From IMG/VR virus record IMGVR_UViG_3300049491_001102, positions 32,001-96,000 of that record: a stretch of 64,000 bases of DNA; one strand, given 5' to 3'. This stretch comes from a virus. Positions within the stretch are counted from its first letter, which is position 1, and each line of letters begins with the position of its first letter. The translations under genes were made by a program, and so were the position numbers. The notes under the pieces are model-generated. The model saw only the letters and a list, made by a program, of their open reading frames with translations, was not told the origin of the DNA and made no database searches. Below are positions 35,821-46,035 of the stretch, piece after piece.

Positions 35821-38495
35821 CCTTCTCCCCATTCTCCCTCAGCGAAGGAGTTCGCGGCACGATTTCTTTCACGCCCGCGCACAAGCTGTCCAACCTTCTC
35901 GCCGTCGAGGAGCACGGCGACACTTTCCGGTTTCTTTGGGTTGTTTCGTGCATGAGCTGCCCAAGCGTTCTGCATCGCTATTTGCACGTCCTCGCGTGAC
36001 AACCCTTGCTTTTGCGCTTTCGGGACAGGAACTGCCAACTGTGGCGCCTCATAGGCCAGGTTGTTGTTGGTCACATACGCTGGTGGCAACCCAGTCGTGT
36101 TGGGAACTCCCCTGTTCCCACCAACTGTAGGGAGATATGTATCCGCGTTCGCAGCTACAATCGTTCGCGGCGACTGAACAGTATTCGCTTCAACTTTAGC
36201 GATTATATCACCAGAAAACAGCTTTTTCAGGTCACCAATCTTACCGGCGACGTTATCGTATATTCCGCGAACTTTGTCCCAAACACCTGACACTTTCTCT
36301 GCAAACGTTTCCCACTTCAGGATGAGGGAATCAACAACGCTCATTGCTTTTTCTTTAATGCCTTTGAAAAAGTCAACAACTGAGTTCCAAGCGTTTGATG
36401 TGATGTCTTGAACCTTCTTGAACATTGACGAGAAAAAGTCAACAACTTTGTCTACACCCATTGATATTGCTGAAGTGACAATGTTGAACGCCATCTTCAA
36501 CCAGTTCCAGGCGGCGGACACCCCATCAACGAGGTCTACAAAGCCATCAACAATCCTCGTGTAGGCCCAAACGATACCATCGACAATCATGCTGATGAAC
36601 GACCATGCCGTGAGAAAACTTTGTGTCGTCATGTTGAACAACCACGCCAATGTACCAATAGCCCAAATTGTTCCCTCCACAACCTTTCCTACGAACATTC
36701 CGATGGCAAACCCCACCTTACGCCATTTATCACTGGAACCAATAGAGTCTGCAGCTTCCTTACTAAAGATTCCAAGGTACTCACCGAGGTTCTCAAATGC
36801 ACTCATTAAAAAGTCGAATGCAGGACCCATTGTGTCAACAGCAGCCATAAATCCTTCTCCAACACCAGAGAAGAATCTTTTCAACCGGAAGATATAGCCG
36901 ACGACAGTGCGGACAAATCCTAGTATCCCTTCGTTTTCCTTCTTGGCGAGTTCTTTCGCAACCGAACCCCGGATGAACCCATGCTGTAAGAACTGAGCTA
37001 TTCCTTGGAACGCCAGTTTAACGTTGTTGAATATTTTCATCGCCCTATCGGCGAATCCACCAATATTCTGGTCAAACGCACGCTTAGTCGCAATGAACAC
37101 GAGCGCCAATCCGGCCACAATGAGAAGAACGGGCCACGCGGCAACAAGGAGTCCTTTAAGGGCCGCGATCGCGACTGGAACCATGGGGGCGAGAACGGCG
37201 ATCGCACCCCCAACAAACAGCAGGGCAGACCCAAGAATGAGGATGCCGGATGTTGCGTACACACCAACCGCGATCATTTGTTTCACAGGTTCTGGTAACG
37301 CTTCAAATTTTTCGGTGAGTCTTGCAACGAACTCAATGAGTCTCTCTACTCCAGGTCGTAAAAATCTGGCGAATGCGTCACCGACAACGATAGTGAATGT
37401 ACTGAACGCACCACTCAGTAGTGACATCTGTCCTGGTAAAGAGTTCAAAAATGCGTCTTTGAACTGTTTAGTGGTCCCAGTGGCGTTACCGATCTGATCC
37501 CGCAGGTATTTAACAGCATCAGCTCCCTTAACAAGTTGACCAGTTGCTGTCTCAATACCTTCTGATAGCTGGGTTGTAATCGCTGTAAACGCTGTTAGAC
37601 CAAATCTTCCAGACAAGTCCTCAATTAAAGATACCCGCTTTGTTGGGCTCTCGATCTTCTCCAGTGCTTTGGCAGCTTCCATCACGATGTCGAGGAACGG
37701 CCGAAACTTCCCCGCGCCGTCCTCAACTGCAACCCCGAGTTTGGACTTCAACTTGTCGCTGTTTTTTGTGAGCTCTAACAACGCAGTCGACACCGAACTT
37801 GCGGCAACCGTGGCGTCCACACCGGTGTTTTTAACCATACCCATCGACACCAGCATCTCGTCGAGACTCTGGCGTGTGATGCTGGCGCCTCGGCTCACGG
37901 TACCCAACATCACTTCAAGGTCATGGGCTTCAACCGCGGTCGAAATGGTGAGTTTCATCAGCTTATCGCTGACCGCAACCGCGTCTTCGGCTTTTAGGCT
38001 GAAAACCTTGATAGCTGCAGCCAAAGTCGAGGCTGATCGCGCTCCCGTCAGCTCCGCTGCTGAGGCAAAATCCAATGTGCCCGTGAGTGCGCGCAGTGAC
38101 TGCGAAGCGCTCAAACCTTGCTGAGCAAGTTGTTTTAGCGTCTCGACAGCTTCGATAGGGGTGAACTGTGTCGTAGTCCCAGCTTTGAGCGCGGCGGCTC
38201 GCAGTTTTTTGAGCTCTTCGGCCGTGGCGCTGGCGGAGACGCCCAACAAATTGACGCGTTGCTCGAACTGTCCGCTCGCGTTGGCGACGAACCACACTCC
38301 ATCCAACAGCTTTTTGCTGGCAGCCAAACTTGCCATCGATGCGACCATCGCGGCGGTTCCTGCCTGCATGACCTTTTGGGCTATTGTATTGGCCCTCTCC
38401 AAGCGTGTAACCGACTTCGATATGTTGTCTATCGTTCGCGACGCATGATCTTTTGCCGAAAAGATAAAACCAAGGCCAAGATTATTTAGCGCCAT
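35817..38495 (-). CDS. Tail tape measure protein
   Basis: TP901-type core (TTQFTPIEAVE...), TM stretch, Trp/Phe-periodic helical repeats. Confidence 0.93.
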   Translation of the reverse strand: MALNNLGLGFIFSAKDHASRTIDNISKSVTRLERANTIAQKVMQAGTAAMVASMASLAASKKLLDGVWFVANASGQFEQRVNLLGVSASATAEELKKLRAAALKAGTTTQFTPIEAVETLKQLAQQGLSASQSLRALTGTLDFASAAELTGARSASTLAAAIKVFSLKAEDAVAVSDKLMKLTISTAVEAHDLEVMLGTVSRGASITRQSLDEMLVSMGMVKNTGVDATVAASSVSTALLELTKNSDKLKSKLGVAVEDGAGKFRPFLDIVMEAAKALEKIESPTKRVSLIEDLSGRFGLTAFTAITTQLSEGIETATGQLVKGADAVKYLRDQIGNATGTTKQFKDAFLNSLPGQMSLLSGAFSTFTIVVGDAFARFLRPGVERLIEFVARLTEKFEALPEPVKQMIAVGVYATSGILILGSALLFVGGAIAVLAPMVPVAIAALKGLLVAAWPVLLIVAGLALVFIATKRAFDQNIGGFADRAMKIFNNVKLAFQGIAQFLQHGFIRGSVAKELAKKENEGILGFVRTVVGYIFRLKRFFSGVGEGFMAAVDTMGPAFDFLMSAFENLGEYLGIFSKEAADSIGSSDKWRKVGFAIGMFVGKVVEGTIWAIGTLAWLFNMTTQSFLTAWSFISMIVDGIVWAYTRIVDGFVDLVDGVSAAWNWLKMAFNIVTSAISMGVDKVVDFFSSMFKKVQDITSNAWNSVVDFFKGIKEKAMSVVDSLILKWETFAEKVSGVWDKVRGIYDNVAGKIGDLKKLFSGDIIAKVEANTVQSPRTIVAANADTYLPTVGGNRGVPNTTGLPPAYVTNNNLAYEAPQLAVPVPKAQKQGLSREDVQIAMQNAWAAHARNNPKKPESVAVLLDGEKVGQLVRGRERNRAANSFAEGEWGEG

Positions 38496-38507
38496 GAACT
38501 GACTCCA

Positions 38508-38774
38508 TCATTCTTCTTCAGGGTCTTCGTATTTTTTGTGTTCAGAAGACACTAAATCGTGCTGCTTGTTTACGTACCAAACTAAATCGTCAAGTTCTAG
38601 GTTCATAGCTTCTGAATACGTAAAATTCAAACCGGAACCTTGAACATTGCGAATCAATGCGGTTACGTAACTGCGTACAATACCGCGATCGAATAGGCTG
38701 AGGAGGGTGATCAACCCGGGCTCTGTCGAATCACCCTCTTGTTTTTGGAAGAAGAGGGCGGCGTTTTTATCCAA
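38508..38774 (-). CDS. Tail chaperone downstream ORF (gpT/E'-like, -1 frame)
   Basis: Overlaps the chaperone 3' end in the -1 frame; FTYSEAMNL...WY motif; directly precedes the tape measure. Confidence 0.65.
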   Translation of the reverse strand: MDKNAALFFQKQEGDSTEPGLITLLSLFDRGIVRSYVTALIRNVQGSGLNFTYSEAMNLELDDLVWYVNKQHDLVSSEHKKYEDPEEE

Positions 38775-39508
38775 AATCCCTCGTCGAAAGGGATGTTCAC
38801 GTGCATTTCGTTACTGCAAAACGGGCAGTAAATTTCGAGTTGTGTCTCGTACCCGCCGTCGACGGCGTCCATTTCGCTTACAAGCTCCATAGACTCTGGT
38901 ACGCTAAGCGAGCGAACCCACTCAGCAATCAAATAGTAGTCAGTGAACTCTTTACCGTTGCTGATAACTCGACTAATTCGACGTGCTAGTCCAGTAGTTA
39001 CGCGCGCTCGGAAGTTCTTTTCAATGTGGTTCGCAAGCTCTCGCTCGTCTTTGCCCCGAATTAAACGGAAGAAGAACTGGTCACCATTCGCGAGCTGAGC
39101 ACGGAACGGAGCGTCTTCTAATGCATTCGTTATCGATGCTTCGGGCAATTGATACTGGGGAAGAACATTAAGGTCCAATCCCCATTCGAAGTGCTTATCG
39201 CACTTGTCGTCAGAACATTTGACTCTGAAGCTATAGTCTGACCCGTGCGTTGCAATGCGTGTTGCAAGCAATGTTGAGAATCTGTCGCAAACAAGGACTT
39301 TGTCCCAAAATCCTTCTTCGTCAAACTTCAATCCGTCATACAGAGGGCCGTAGTCTTCTACGGCGACAGTGCACGCAGATAGTATCCGATTGGATATCAT
39401 CTTGGACGCCACTTCTTGCTTGTTGGCGAACAAATCCATTTCGGATGCTTTGAGACCGCGAACGACTAACTTCAGACCTGATGGGCAGATTGTGGTGTGC
39501 TCGGACAT
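38711..39508 (-). CDS. Tail assembly chaperone (T4 gp26/gp51-like, Zn-binding)
   Basis: Between tube and tape measure; DRFSTLLATRIATHG, CSDDKC and CPFC; SD GAGG before ATG 39508. Confidence 0.75.
   Translation of the reverse strand: MSEHTTICPSGLKLVVRGLKASEMDLFANKQEVASKMISNRILSACTVAVEDYGPLYDGLKFDEEGFWDKVLVCDRFSTLLATRIATHGSDYSFRVKCSDDKCDKHFEWGLDLNVLPQYQLPEASITNALEDAPFRAQLANGDQFFFRLIRGKDERELANHIEKNFRARVTTGLARRISRVISNGKEFTDYYLIAEWVRSLSVPESMELVSEMDAVDGGYETQLEIYCPFCSNEMHVNIPFDEGFWIKTPPSSSKNKRVIRQSPG
38786..38792 (-). other. Programmed -1 frameshift slippery heptamer C CCT TTC
   Basis: Perfect X XXY YYZ in the chaperone frame; the -1 frame is open to 38508. Confidence 0.7.
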
Positions 39509-39543
39509 GGTGCCTCTCGTCAGTGGCACTATTTAAGTACACC

Positions 39544-39579
39544 AAAAACAAAACCACGGCAAACGCATGTTTACCGTGG
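39544..39579 (-). terminator. Intrinsic terminator after the tail tube gene
   Basis: CCACGGTAAAC-ATGC-GTTTGCCGTGG-TTTTGTTTTT. Confidence 0.75.
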
Positions 39580-39598
39580 CTAAGCTTAAAAATGAAAA

Positions 39599-40108
39599 CT
39601 AGCGTCCGCTCGGGCGTCCAGTTCCATTTGCCGGAATGCGCTCAAAGCCATTAATCGATAGCTCAACGCTTTCCATCGTCTTTTCAGACGTTCCATTATC
39701 CCACTCGCCTGCTTTGAACTTCTTCGGCCACGCTTCGTAGATGCGCCACCGCTTGATCACAGCTTTACGGTTGTTCCGGCACACAATGTCCATGGTCCGT
39801 TTGTAACTCCCATCAGGACCTGCGGCTTCAAGGCCAAGGTCTGAGACCAAGTTCGTCACGGTTTGTACCCAGTCATAAAGGTCGGAATCCGACGCAACCG
39901 CAGCGCGTTCAATGGTGAGATCGGAGAAATCGACAAGACCAGCATCCTTGGTCGTTGGCCGAATATCTCCTCCTTCACGATACTTGACTTCTTCAATCTC
40001 TGCTTCAAGAGCAGAGCACTTGTTGAAGCCCATATGGACTACACCATCGATTTCGACGGTGAAGCGGAATTTATCCTCAAACAGTCTTGGTGCTCCTGCT
40101 ACTGCCAT
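39599..40108 (-). CDS. Tail tube protein (T4 gp19-like)
   Basis: FRFTVEIDG...FNKCSALE...YREGG...LTIER...LYDW...WPKKFKAGEWD. Confidence 0.93.
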   Translation of the reverse strand: MAVAGAPRLFEDKFRFTVEIDGVVHMGFNKCSALEAEIEEVKYREGGDIRPTTKDAGLVDFSDLTIERAAVASDSDLYDWVQTVTNLVSDLGLEAAGPDGSYKRTMDIVCRNNRKAVIKRWRIYEAWPKKFKAGEWDNGTSEKTMESVELSINGFERIPANGTGRPSGR

Positions 40109-40145
40109 AATACTCCTTTTAGACTTTAGAATGTCTTAACTCGGC

Positions 40146-42398
40146 TTATCCGTTAGCCAAGAGCTGTTCTAGGGCCCGTGTATCCTTTGTGAAGTCGAGG
40201 ACAACCCATTCGACGGTATCGTTGGTGTTGAGGCCAACACGAGCTTTCAGTTGGCCAGAAGCCACGACATCAGGTGTGTTGAGGCCAATTCCTTGGACGT
40301 CAACATCGACATAGAACGCAGTGGCCGGGTTCTTCGTCTTGAACGCGCCAACTTTCATCTGGGCGAGCAAGAAGTTGGTGATCGTACGCTCCACCTCAGC
40401 ACGGAGTTCTTCCGTGTTGTTCCGGTGGCGTGCGAAGTCGGTTCCGAGCTTGATGCTTTGCTCGATGAAGATCACGCCGCGGCGAGCCGCAATGTTGGTG
40501 AAGTTTCCCCCCGACCTTAGAGTTCGGGTCCCATCGAGATTAAGCGCACCTCCCTGCGTGTCGATCGGATTGATAAGCGCCGGGTAGACGTAGTCGCGCA
40601 CCTCTTCTTTGAGGACTTGGTGCCGAACATTTCCATCCGGGTCATCTTCCAGGCCAACAATCGTTGGCATACGTCCATTTTCGATGCCGCAAGGAGCAAT
40701 GTAGATCCCGCCTGGCCGCGCATTGTCTTGGCGCGCGCACATACCTGCGATGAGCCCGGTGTTCGGGATCGTGATGCTGTCGGCTGCGCCAAACACCGCC
40801 TTATTCGGGTTCAAAACCTTGACCCGAGGCCAAGCGATGAAGCCGAACTCGGTCGTGTTGAATAGCCCCGTCGTGACCTTGACGTAGTTCACGATGGCGA
40901 GAGCATTCATGCCCGCGGGACATTCGATGAGCGGGAAGATCGACTTGTTACGCGTGATTTCGCAGTACGAAACCATCGCATTGGCCACGGCGGCCGTGGC
41001 TCGCTGCGGAATCGCGAGCAACGTCGCATCATTCACCGTATCCAGTGAGCGGATACCCGTTTCAGAAGCCGAGTTGCCCACGAAGTCGATGTCTGCAAGG
41101 CCAACCAGCCCGTCATCACCACCAGTCGGGGTGTACGTGCCATTCTGTGGCCTTTCACTTCCCCCTGCATCTTGGTCTTCAGCCAAGATCAATGCGGACC
41201 CGATACCGGGCGCAGCCAGTGCTGTTTCCACATATCGTGCGTCGGCGTCATCCATCGAGCAGTTCGGGAACTGCTCCACGATCAGGCCATTGCGCCGAAT
41301 GATGAGGTTGAAGTGGTCGGGATCCAAGTCTGTGGCATCGGCAACTTCGATCGTTAGATCGTTTGCGTACGCACCCGGAGTCTTGCCCCGGAAAATCAAC
41401 GTCGCTACTGGCGATCCCGCGGTACCGTTCACGGGTCCTGATGCCCAGCCAACTGCAGTTTGAACCCCTGCAGACGCCGTGATTTCGAGTTCTGACGAAA
41501 CACCTGTCGTGTCGGACACGATATCCGGGATTCCAGACCCCGAAGGTGATTGCTCGACAACCGACAGACCCGCGAGCGCGCCCACGATAGAGATGACCTC
41601 GGCTAACGTCACCGCAGCCAAGTTCGCGACGTTGCCGGTACCGGCAACCGCTGCACCAAAGCCCAGGGCGGCAGCCGCAGTTCCGCCGGTGACATTGACC
41701 AGCGACGCAGTTCCTTTTTTGTCGCTGCGTAGCGTCACTGCGCTTACGGTGGAGGTCGCAGACACTCCCACCAAAATCGCGTTGAGCTTGGCCGCAACTT
41801 CGGCCGGCGTGGCAGCGCCAATCGAAATGAAGTCCGCGGTCAAGAACGTCACGGTTTGCGTCGCGCCGCCGTCTACCTGCACGGTCAGGTTCAAGCCGTT
41901 GGACAGCACATAGGGCGCCGACGCGCTGGTCACCGAACTCGACGCCGTGCCATTGAACGTAGCCGTGACGGGAGAACCGCCATCAACCGCGATCGACACA
42001 TTGTCCCCATGCGCGAGCGCGTAGGGAGCAGCATTGACGCCGGGAAGTTTGGCCGCCGTGGCGGCGATGGTGTTGGCCGTGACCTCGGCCGTATCTGCCG
42101 TCAAACTCAGAGCATCGGTGATGTCGGAATAGTGGGCAGTCCGCGTGAACCAGAGGTATTGACCTCCGGCGTCAAAATACGCACTGACCGAGTTCCACGT
42201 GTCGGCACAGTCCGCAGTGACATCGCCGTAGTCGCGCCGCCATGCGTCCCATGAAAAGTAAAACTGAGCGACACCAATAGGACCACGCTGCGTAACACCG
42301 ACCATCGCCAACACTGCGGTAATCAGCGATGGGATAGTACGAATGCCCGAAGTGCTCTCCGTGATGATAGTTTTTGAAGAAAGCAATGCGTTAGACAT
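40146..42398 (-). CDS. Contractile tail sheath protein
   Basis: VGVTQRGPIG, YFDAGG, WPRVKV, GLIAGMCARQD, INPI, GTRTL, RR..IFIEQSI. Confidence 0.93.
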   Translation of the reverse strand: MSNALLSSKTIITESTSGIRTIPSLITAVLAMVGVTQRGPIGVAQFYFSWDAWRRDYGDVTADCADTWNSVSAYFDAGGQYLWFTRTAHYSDITDALSLTADTAEVTANTIAATAAKLPGVNAAPYALAHGDNVSIAVDGGSPVTATFNGTASSSVTSASAPYVLSNGLNLTVQVDGGATQTVTFLTADFISIGAATPAEVAAKLNAILVGVSATSTVSAVTLRSDKKGTASLVNVTGGTAAAALGFGAAVAGTGNVANLAAVTLAEVISIVGALAGLSVVEQSPSGSGIPDIVSDTTGVSSELEITASAGVQTAVGWASGPVNGTAGSPVATLIFRGKTPGAYANDLTIEVADATDLDPDHFNLIIRRNGLIVEQFPNCSMDDADARYVETALAAPGIGSALILAEDQDAGGSERPQNGTYTPTGGDDGLVGLADIDFVGNSASETGIRSLDTVNDATLLAIPQRATAAVANAMVSYCEITRNKSIFPLIECPAGMNALAIVNYVKVTTGLFNTTEFGFIAWPRVKVLNPNKAVFGAADSITIPNTGLIAGMCARQDNARPGGIYIAPCGIENGRMPTIVGLEDDPDGNVRHQVLKEEVRDYVYPALINPIDTQGGALNLDGTRTLRSGGNFTNIAARRGVIFIEQSIKLGTDFARHRNNTEELRAEVERTITNFLLAQMKVGAFKTKNPATAFYVDVDVQGIGLNTPDVVASGQLKARVGLNTNDTVEWVVLDFTKDTRALEQLLANG

Positions 42399-42401
42399 GG
42401 A

Positions 42402-42704
42402 CTAAACTTCTCGCTCCTCAGCGACGACGAGAACCTTTTGCACACTAACTAGCGAACGAATTTGCGGGATCTTCAGTACAGCATGAGGCAGCGGTTCGCT
42501 AACCCCACCAGCCTGAATCGTCACCGATGGTGGTGTATTGACCACAACGTCGCGAAAGCGCGGTTGTCCGGATGCGGGATCAATTTCACTGATCAATCGC
42601 GGGACCTTCACCCCATGAAGATGAGGCAAAGCGCCGTCTTCCGACGAGCTTAACTGCAAAGTGACCGGGGTACGCCCCCGATTGCGAAGAATTACGCAGC
42701 GCAT
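42402..42704 (-). CDS. Small hypothetical protein upstream of the sheath
   Basis: Position; co-oriented in the operon. Confidence 0.55.
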   Translation of the reverse strand: MRCVILRNRGRTPVTLQLSSSEDGALPHLHGVKVPRLISEIDPASGQPRFRDVVVNTPPSVTIQAGGVSEPLPHAVLKIPQIRSLVSVQKVLVVAEEREV

Positions 42705-42709
42705 GATGG

Positions 42710-43726
42710 TTACGGGGTTTTGGGTTGCAGCCTGTCAACAACGAGTTCGGTCGACCGAACCGTGTCGAGCAGGACCTCCTCGACTTCGGCAGTGTACCCT
42801 TTCGCCGCATCGAATGCGACGCCAGGAATGCCAACGAGCACAAGGTCTCGGATTCGCAGCAGCATCGTGAAATAGTGGACGTTGCTATTCATTGCAGGGC
42901 CATATTCACGGCCCGCAGTTCCATCGCCACCAATTTCAAGTTCAATCTCATGCTCAGAATATCCCTTTGACAAATCAAGTGGATCTAATGGGATGCTTAT
43001 TCGACCTGTTCGCTCAACCCATTGATTGAACAAAACCAACAGATTCATCGAGTCTGCTGGGTTATTAGCATACCCAGTGACCTCAAATAGAACATGGACT
43101 ATTTTTGGGCTTTGGATAACGTAGGATTCTGACGAGTTGAAAGGAACTGTAGTATCAACGTTAAAATCTGGATTAGTGCTTCGCTCAAAACTTGGACCAA
43201 GTAGGCTTATACCTGGAGTTGATGCCACTACAGTGTACGGTTCAGAGTCCTCGTCGCCGTAATCCGACGACTGAGTTAAAACTACATTGTCAACAACGGC
43301 TGATTTTAAGCGCCCTATTAACTCACGGGTTAATAGTGTCAAGCTGCTTGAATTTTCAGAACTTAAATCCGGCCGATAGAACGTGACGGCATCAAGGCTT
43401 GTAACTGTCTCTGTTGGGATTAGAACACCAGAATCATCAATGTTTTCAACCGTAACATCACTGAGAACACTAGATTGTGGCTGCTCGTCCGCATCCAGCA
43501 GGCTTATAAACGGAGAGATAATCAATAGCCGTGTTGCGGACAAAACAATGGTTTTTTCCGCCGGAGTCGTACCAAAAAGCACACGAACGGATTGAGGTCG
43601 TGGCGGAACGACGCCCGTCGGTGGCGGCGGTGTCGGTAGACGGAACCCAGTCCCCACGATTTGCACCGGAGTTCCTCCCATGGATGGAACAGATATGGGA
43701 CTTACGGTTGAAATCGTGGGGATCAT
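42710..43726 (-). CDS. IPT/TIG-domain protein, likely tail terminator
   Basis: PTISTVSP...GGTPVQIVGTGF IPT/TIG start; position between tail completion and sheath; ATGA coupling. Confidence 0.65.
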   Translation of the reverse strand: MIPTISTVSPISVPSMGGTPVQIVGTGFRLPTPPPPTGVVPPRPQSVRVLFGTTPAEKTIVLSATRLLIISPFISLLDADEQPQSSVLSDVTVENIDDSGVLIPTETVTSLDAVTFYRPDLSSENSSSLTLLTRELIGRLKSAVVDNVVLTQSSDYGDEDSEPYTVVASTPGISLLGPSFERSTNPDFNVDTTVPFNSSESYVIQSPKIVHVLFEVTGYANNPADSMNLLVLFNQWVERTGRISIPLDPLDLSKGYSEHEIELEIGGDGTAGREYGPAMNSNVHYFTMLLRIRDLVLVGIPGVAFDAAKGYTAEVEEVLLDTVRSTELVVDRLQPKTP

Positions 43727-44349
43727 GGGGTTCCTGGATTCTTTTGTCCTGGTTGCCAACCCATTTTTTGGGCGACAAAGTTCATCATTCGGGCTTCTAC
43801 ATCACCAGGCTTAAAGTGGGCTTTGAATGTTTCCCGTAAGAAACTTCTCTCCGGAATACGTATTACAAGCGTACTCCCTGGACGGAGCTTATTAGCTGAT
43901 GATTTCTTTCCGGTTGGGCCATACTTCCTAAGCAACCCCATAATGTATTTGAACTGCTTAGAGGTGACTTGCATTGTTATTACATGTCCATACTCATGCA
44001 CAGCCCCAATGCGTGTCATTTTCTCCCCATTATCTGACCTCGCATTGTTCGGAATGCCTACAAAGTACGTGGATTCCTGAACCGGTATCACAATGATGGA
44101 GCCATAAAGGTCGCCTTTATCGATTAACGGCTTACTCGACTTTTTTCGTTTTATCGTCCACGGTTCGTTACGTTGCCAAGGCTTCCCATTGCTTCGTCCC
44201 GAAGTTCTAAATGCCTTTAGAACATCATTGCGAAATTTCTGGGCTTCGCGTTTGACCGCCGTATCCATTGCACGACCAAAGCGTTGTTCCATCCCTTTGG
44301 TGATGCTCAAAGCCGCCGCCCAGTCCCCAACTTTTACAACTTGGATCAT
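43723..44349 (-). CDS. Virion morphogenesis / tail completion protein
   Basis: W...TIKRKKSSKPLIDKGDL...VHEYG...IPERSFL. Confidence 0.8.
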   Translation of the reverse strand: MIQVVKVGDWAAALSITKGMEQRFGRAMDTAVKREAQKFRNDVLKAFRTSGRSNGKPWQRNEPWTIKRKKSSKPLIDKGDLYGSIIVIPVQESTYFVGIPNNARSDNGEKMTRIGAVHEYGHVITMQVTSKQFKYIMGLLRKYGPTGKKSSANKLRPGSTLVIRIPERSFLRETFKAHFKPGDVEARMMNFVAQKMGWQPGQKNPGTP

Positions 44350-44846
44350 ACGGTCGCCTTTGTGTCCCGTCTAAACGATACCAGCAACAAGTTGCGGAAA
44401 CCACCGGATAGACCGTAACTCCGGGGTTGCGGTTGCATAGACACTAGATTCATCGCTTCGTAGTCGTCAAGAAGTGAATAATGTTGGTCGAATATTCTCA
44501 ACAGCTTGGACCCTTTTGGCATGACGGCTTTACCGTTGCTATCTACGAATCCGTTATCTTCGAGGTCCTGAAAGTGAAAGCAGAGTTTTATCTCTGTTGT
44601 GTTTTCATCGCCGAGATTCTTTACATCCAACATTTCAGTCGGGTCGTACTCGGTTTCAACTTGGCATTCGAGTTGAATCGGGGCCATGTACTGGGTTGTC
44701 TCAACACCAGTTGCACGTGAACGTGGAGTTCGAAGAATGTTGTCGTAGCCACCAGTAAATGGCGCAACTGGACCACGTGTTGCCGTTACATCCAACCTAG
44801 CTATATCCGCATACATTGGGAATATTAATCGGCCTCTGTATCCCAT
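44346..44846 (-). CDS. Head closure / head-tail joining protein
   Basis: Position after the adaptor; beta-rich. Confidence 0.55.
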   Translation of the reverse strand: MGYRGRLIFPMYADIARLDVTATRGPVAPFTGGYDNILRTPRSRATGVETTQYMAPIQLECQVETEYDPTEMLDVKNLGDENTTEIKLCFHFQDLEDNGFVDSNGKAVMPKGSKLLRIFDQHYSLLDDYEAMNLVSMQPQPRSYGLSGGFRNLLLVSFRRDTKATV

Positions 44847-45934
44847 TATGCAGCTCCTAACCGCATTGGTGCCATAAATCTGGATAGGATTTGGTCAATA
44901 GTCGGATCGCCAGTTATTCCGGCTTTGAATGACGCGTCAACACCAGTCTCATACCAAACAGTTTGGTCTCTCGTTCGCTCTTGAATCAAGTTTCCGTGAG
45001 ATCCGCTCCCAGAACTACTGCCAAAGTTTTTCCATGCCGGACGTACAGATTGCATGGCCATCAGAATACACACGTACGAAATGAGATCCGGAGTTTTTCC
45101 TAACGGTGAGCCATCAGGGTCTGTATAGCCAAACCATCCAGTCATTCGAACATTTTGCTGCCCAACAGCGAATCTCGTTTGGTACGCACCTTCGCGATAG
45201 CGTGTGAATTCCTCACCTGTGTACGAATCCATCCCATAAAGGGCGTAACAATTGATGAACTCTATTTTTGGGTTTGCACGGTCATCCGGGTTTATGAGAC
45301 CACGCATATGTCGATTGTAGATTCGTAGATTCTCAAGAGCGACTGGTATTTCAGAAGGTGACACTGAATCAAATACGTAGTCGATGTCGCAAATACCAAT
45401 GATTGGGTCCTCTAACAAAATCATTGGACCACCGACACCGTCGACATCAATCGTCTTAAAACGTGGCTCAAAGAATCTTCGCGTTATGTTCTCAATTCTT
45501 CGGCTTGCAATCTCAATAGCCATCTTCAACCGAGCGTCGTTGAAGGCAACTGGAACACCTTCATCACGCATTTGAGCAATAGAGGCATAGCCATCTGGTA
45601 TGAGTGACCCAACAGCAAGGAGAGGAAAAACCGTTTTCCACGTTTCTTCGTCCGCAGTATTGGTCAACTCTGCAAACCAATTTACCGTGTAGTTTCCAAG
45701 TGGGTCACCAACCAAGAATGCGATGGTCGGTGCATAGCCACAATTAACCGCTTCAGTCGTCAGGTTGACGGCCGTGCGCGCAACCTTAACAGTGCCATCT
45801 GGGTATAGCACCTCGTACTCAAGCGAATACGGGGTAGCCATGCGGCCACCACCTGTTGGATCGCTTTTAACGTAAGCGAAGTAGATTTTCGGGTTGGTTA
45901 CCGACGAAGTTTCGCCCCGTACGAGTGCGAGCAT
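44846..45934 (-). CDS. Head-tail adaptor (gp6/gp15-like) with N-terminal Ig-like domain
   Basis: YASIAQMRDEG...IEIASRRIENITRRFF...FGYT...TGDPTIDQILSRF. Confidence 0.75.
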   Translation of the reverse strand: MLALVRGETSSVTNPKIYFAYVKSDPTGGGRMATPYSLEYEVLYPDGTVKVARTAVNLTTEAVNCGYAPTIAFLVGDPLGNYTVNWFAELTNTADEETWKTVFPLLAVGSLIPDGYASIAQMRDEGVPVAFNDARLKMAIEIASRRIENITRRFFEPRFKTIDVDGVGGPMILLEDPIIGICDIDYVFDSVSPSEIPVALENLRIYNRHMRGLINPDDRANPKIEFINCYALYGMDSYTGEEFTRYREGAYQTRFAVGQQNVRMTGWFGYTDPDGSPLGKTPDLISYVCILMAMQSVRPAWKNFGSSSGSGSHGNLIQERTRDQTVWYETGVDASFKAGITGDPTIDQILSRFMAPMRLGAA

Positions 45935-46035
45935 GGGCCCATCATAGCCCAAAAAGAAGGCGTTGAATGAGAGAGCAAGCTCCCCCAAACAACGCCAGCA
46001 GCCAGACGAGTTGGCCGAGTCGATCCTAACCCAAC

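Noticed and set aside
29704-42398. Extracellular contractile injection system, tailocin or T6SS
   Set aside because: Tube, LysM, spike and baseplate genes look CIS-like, but they are contiguous with capsid, portal, protease and terminase, so this is a phage tail
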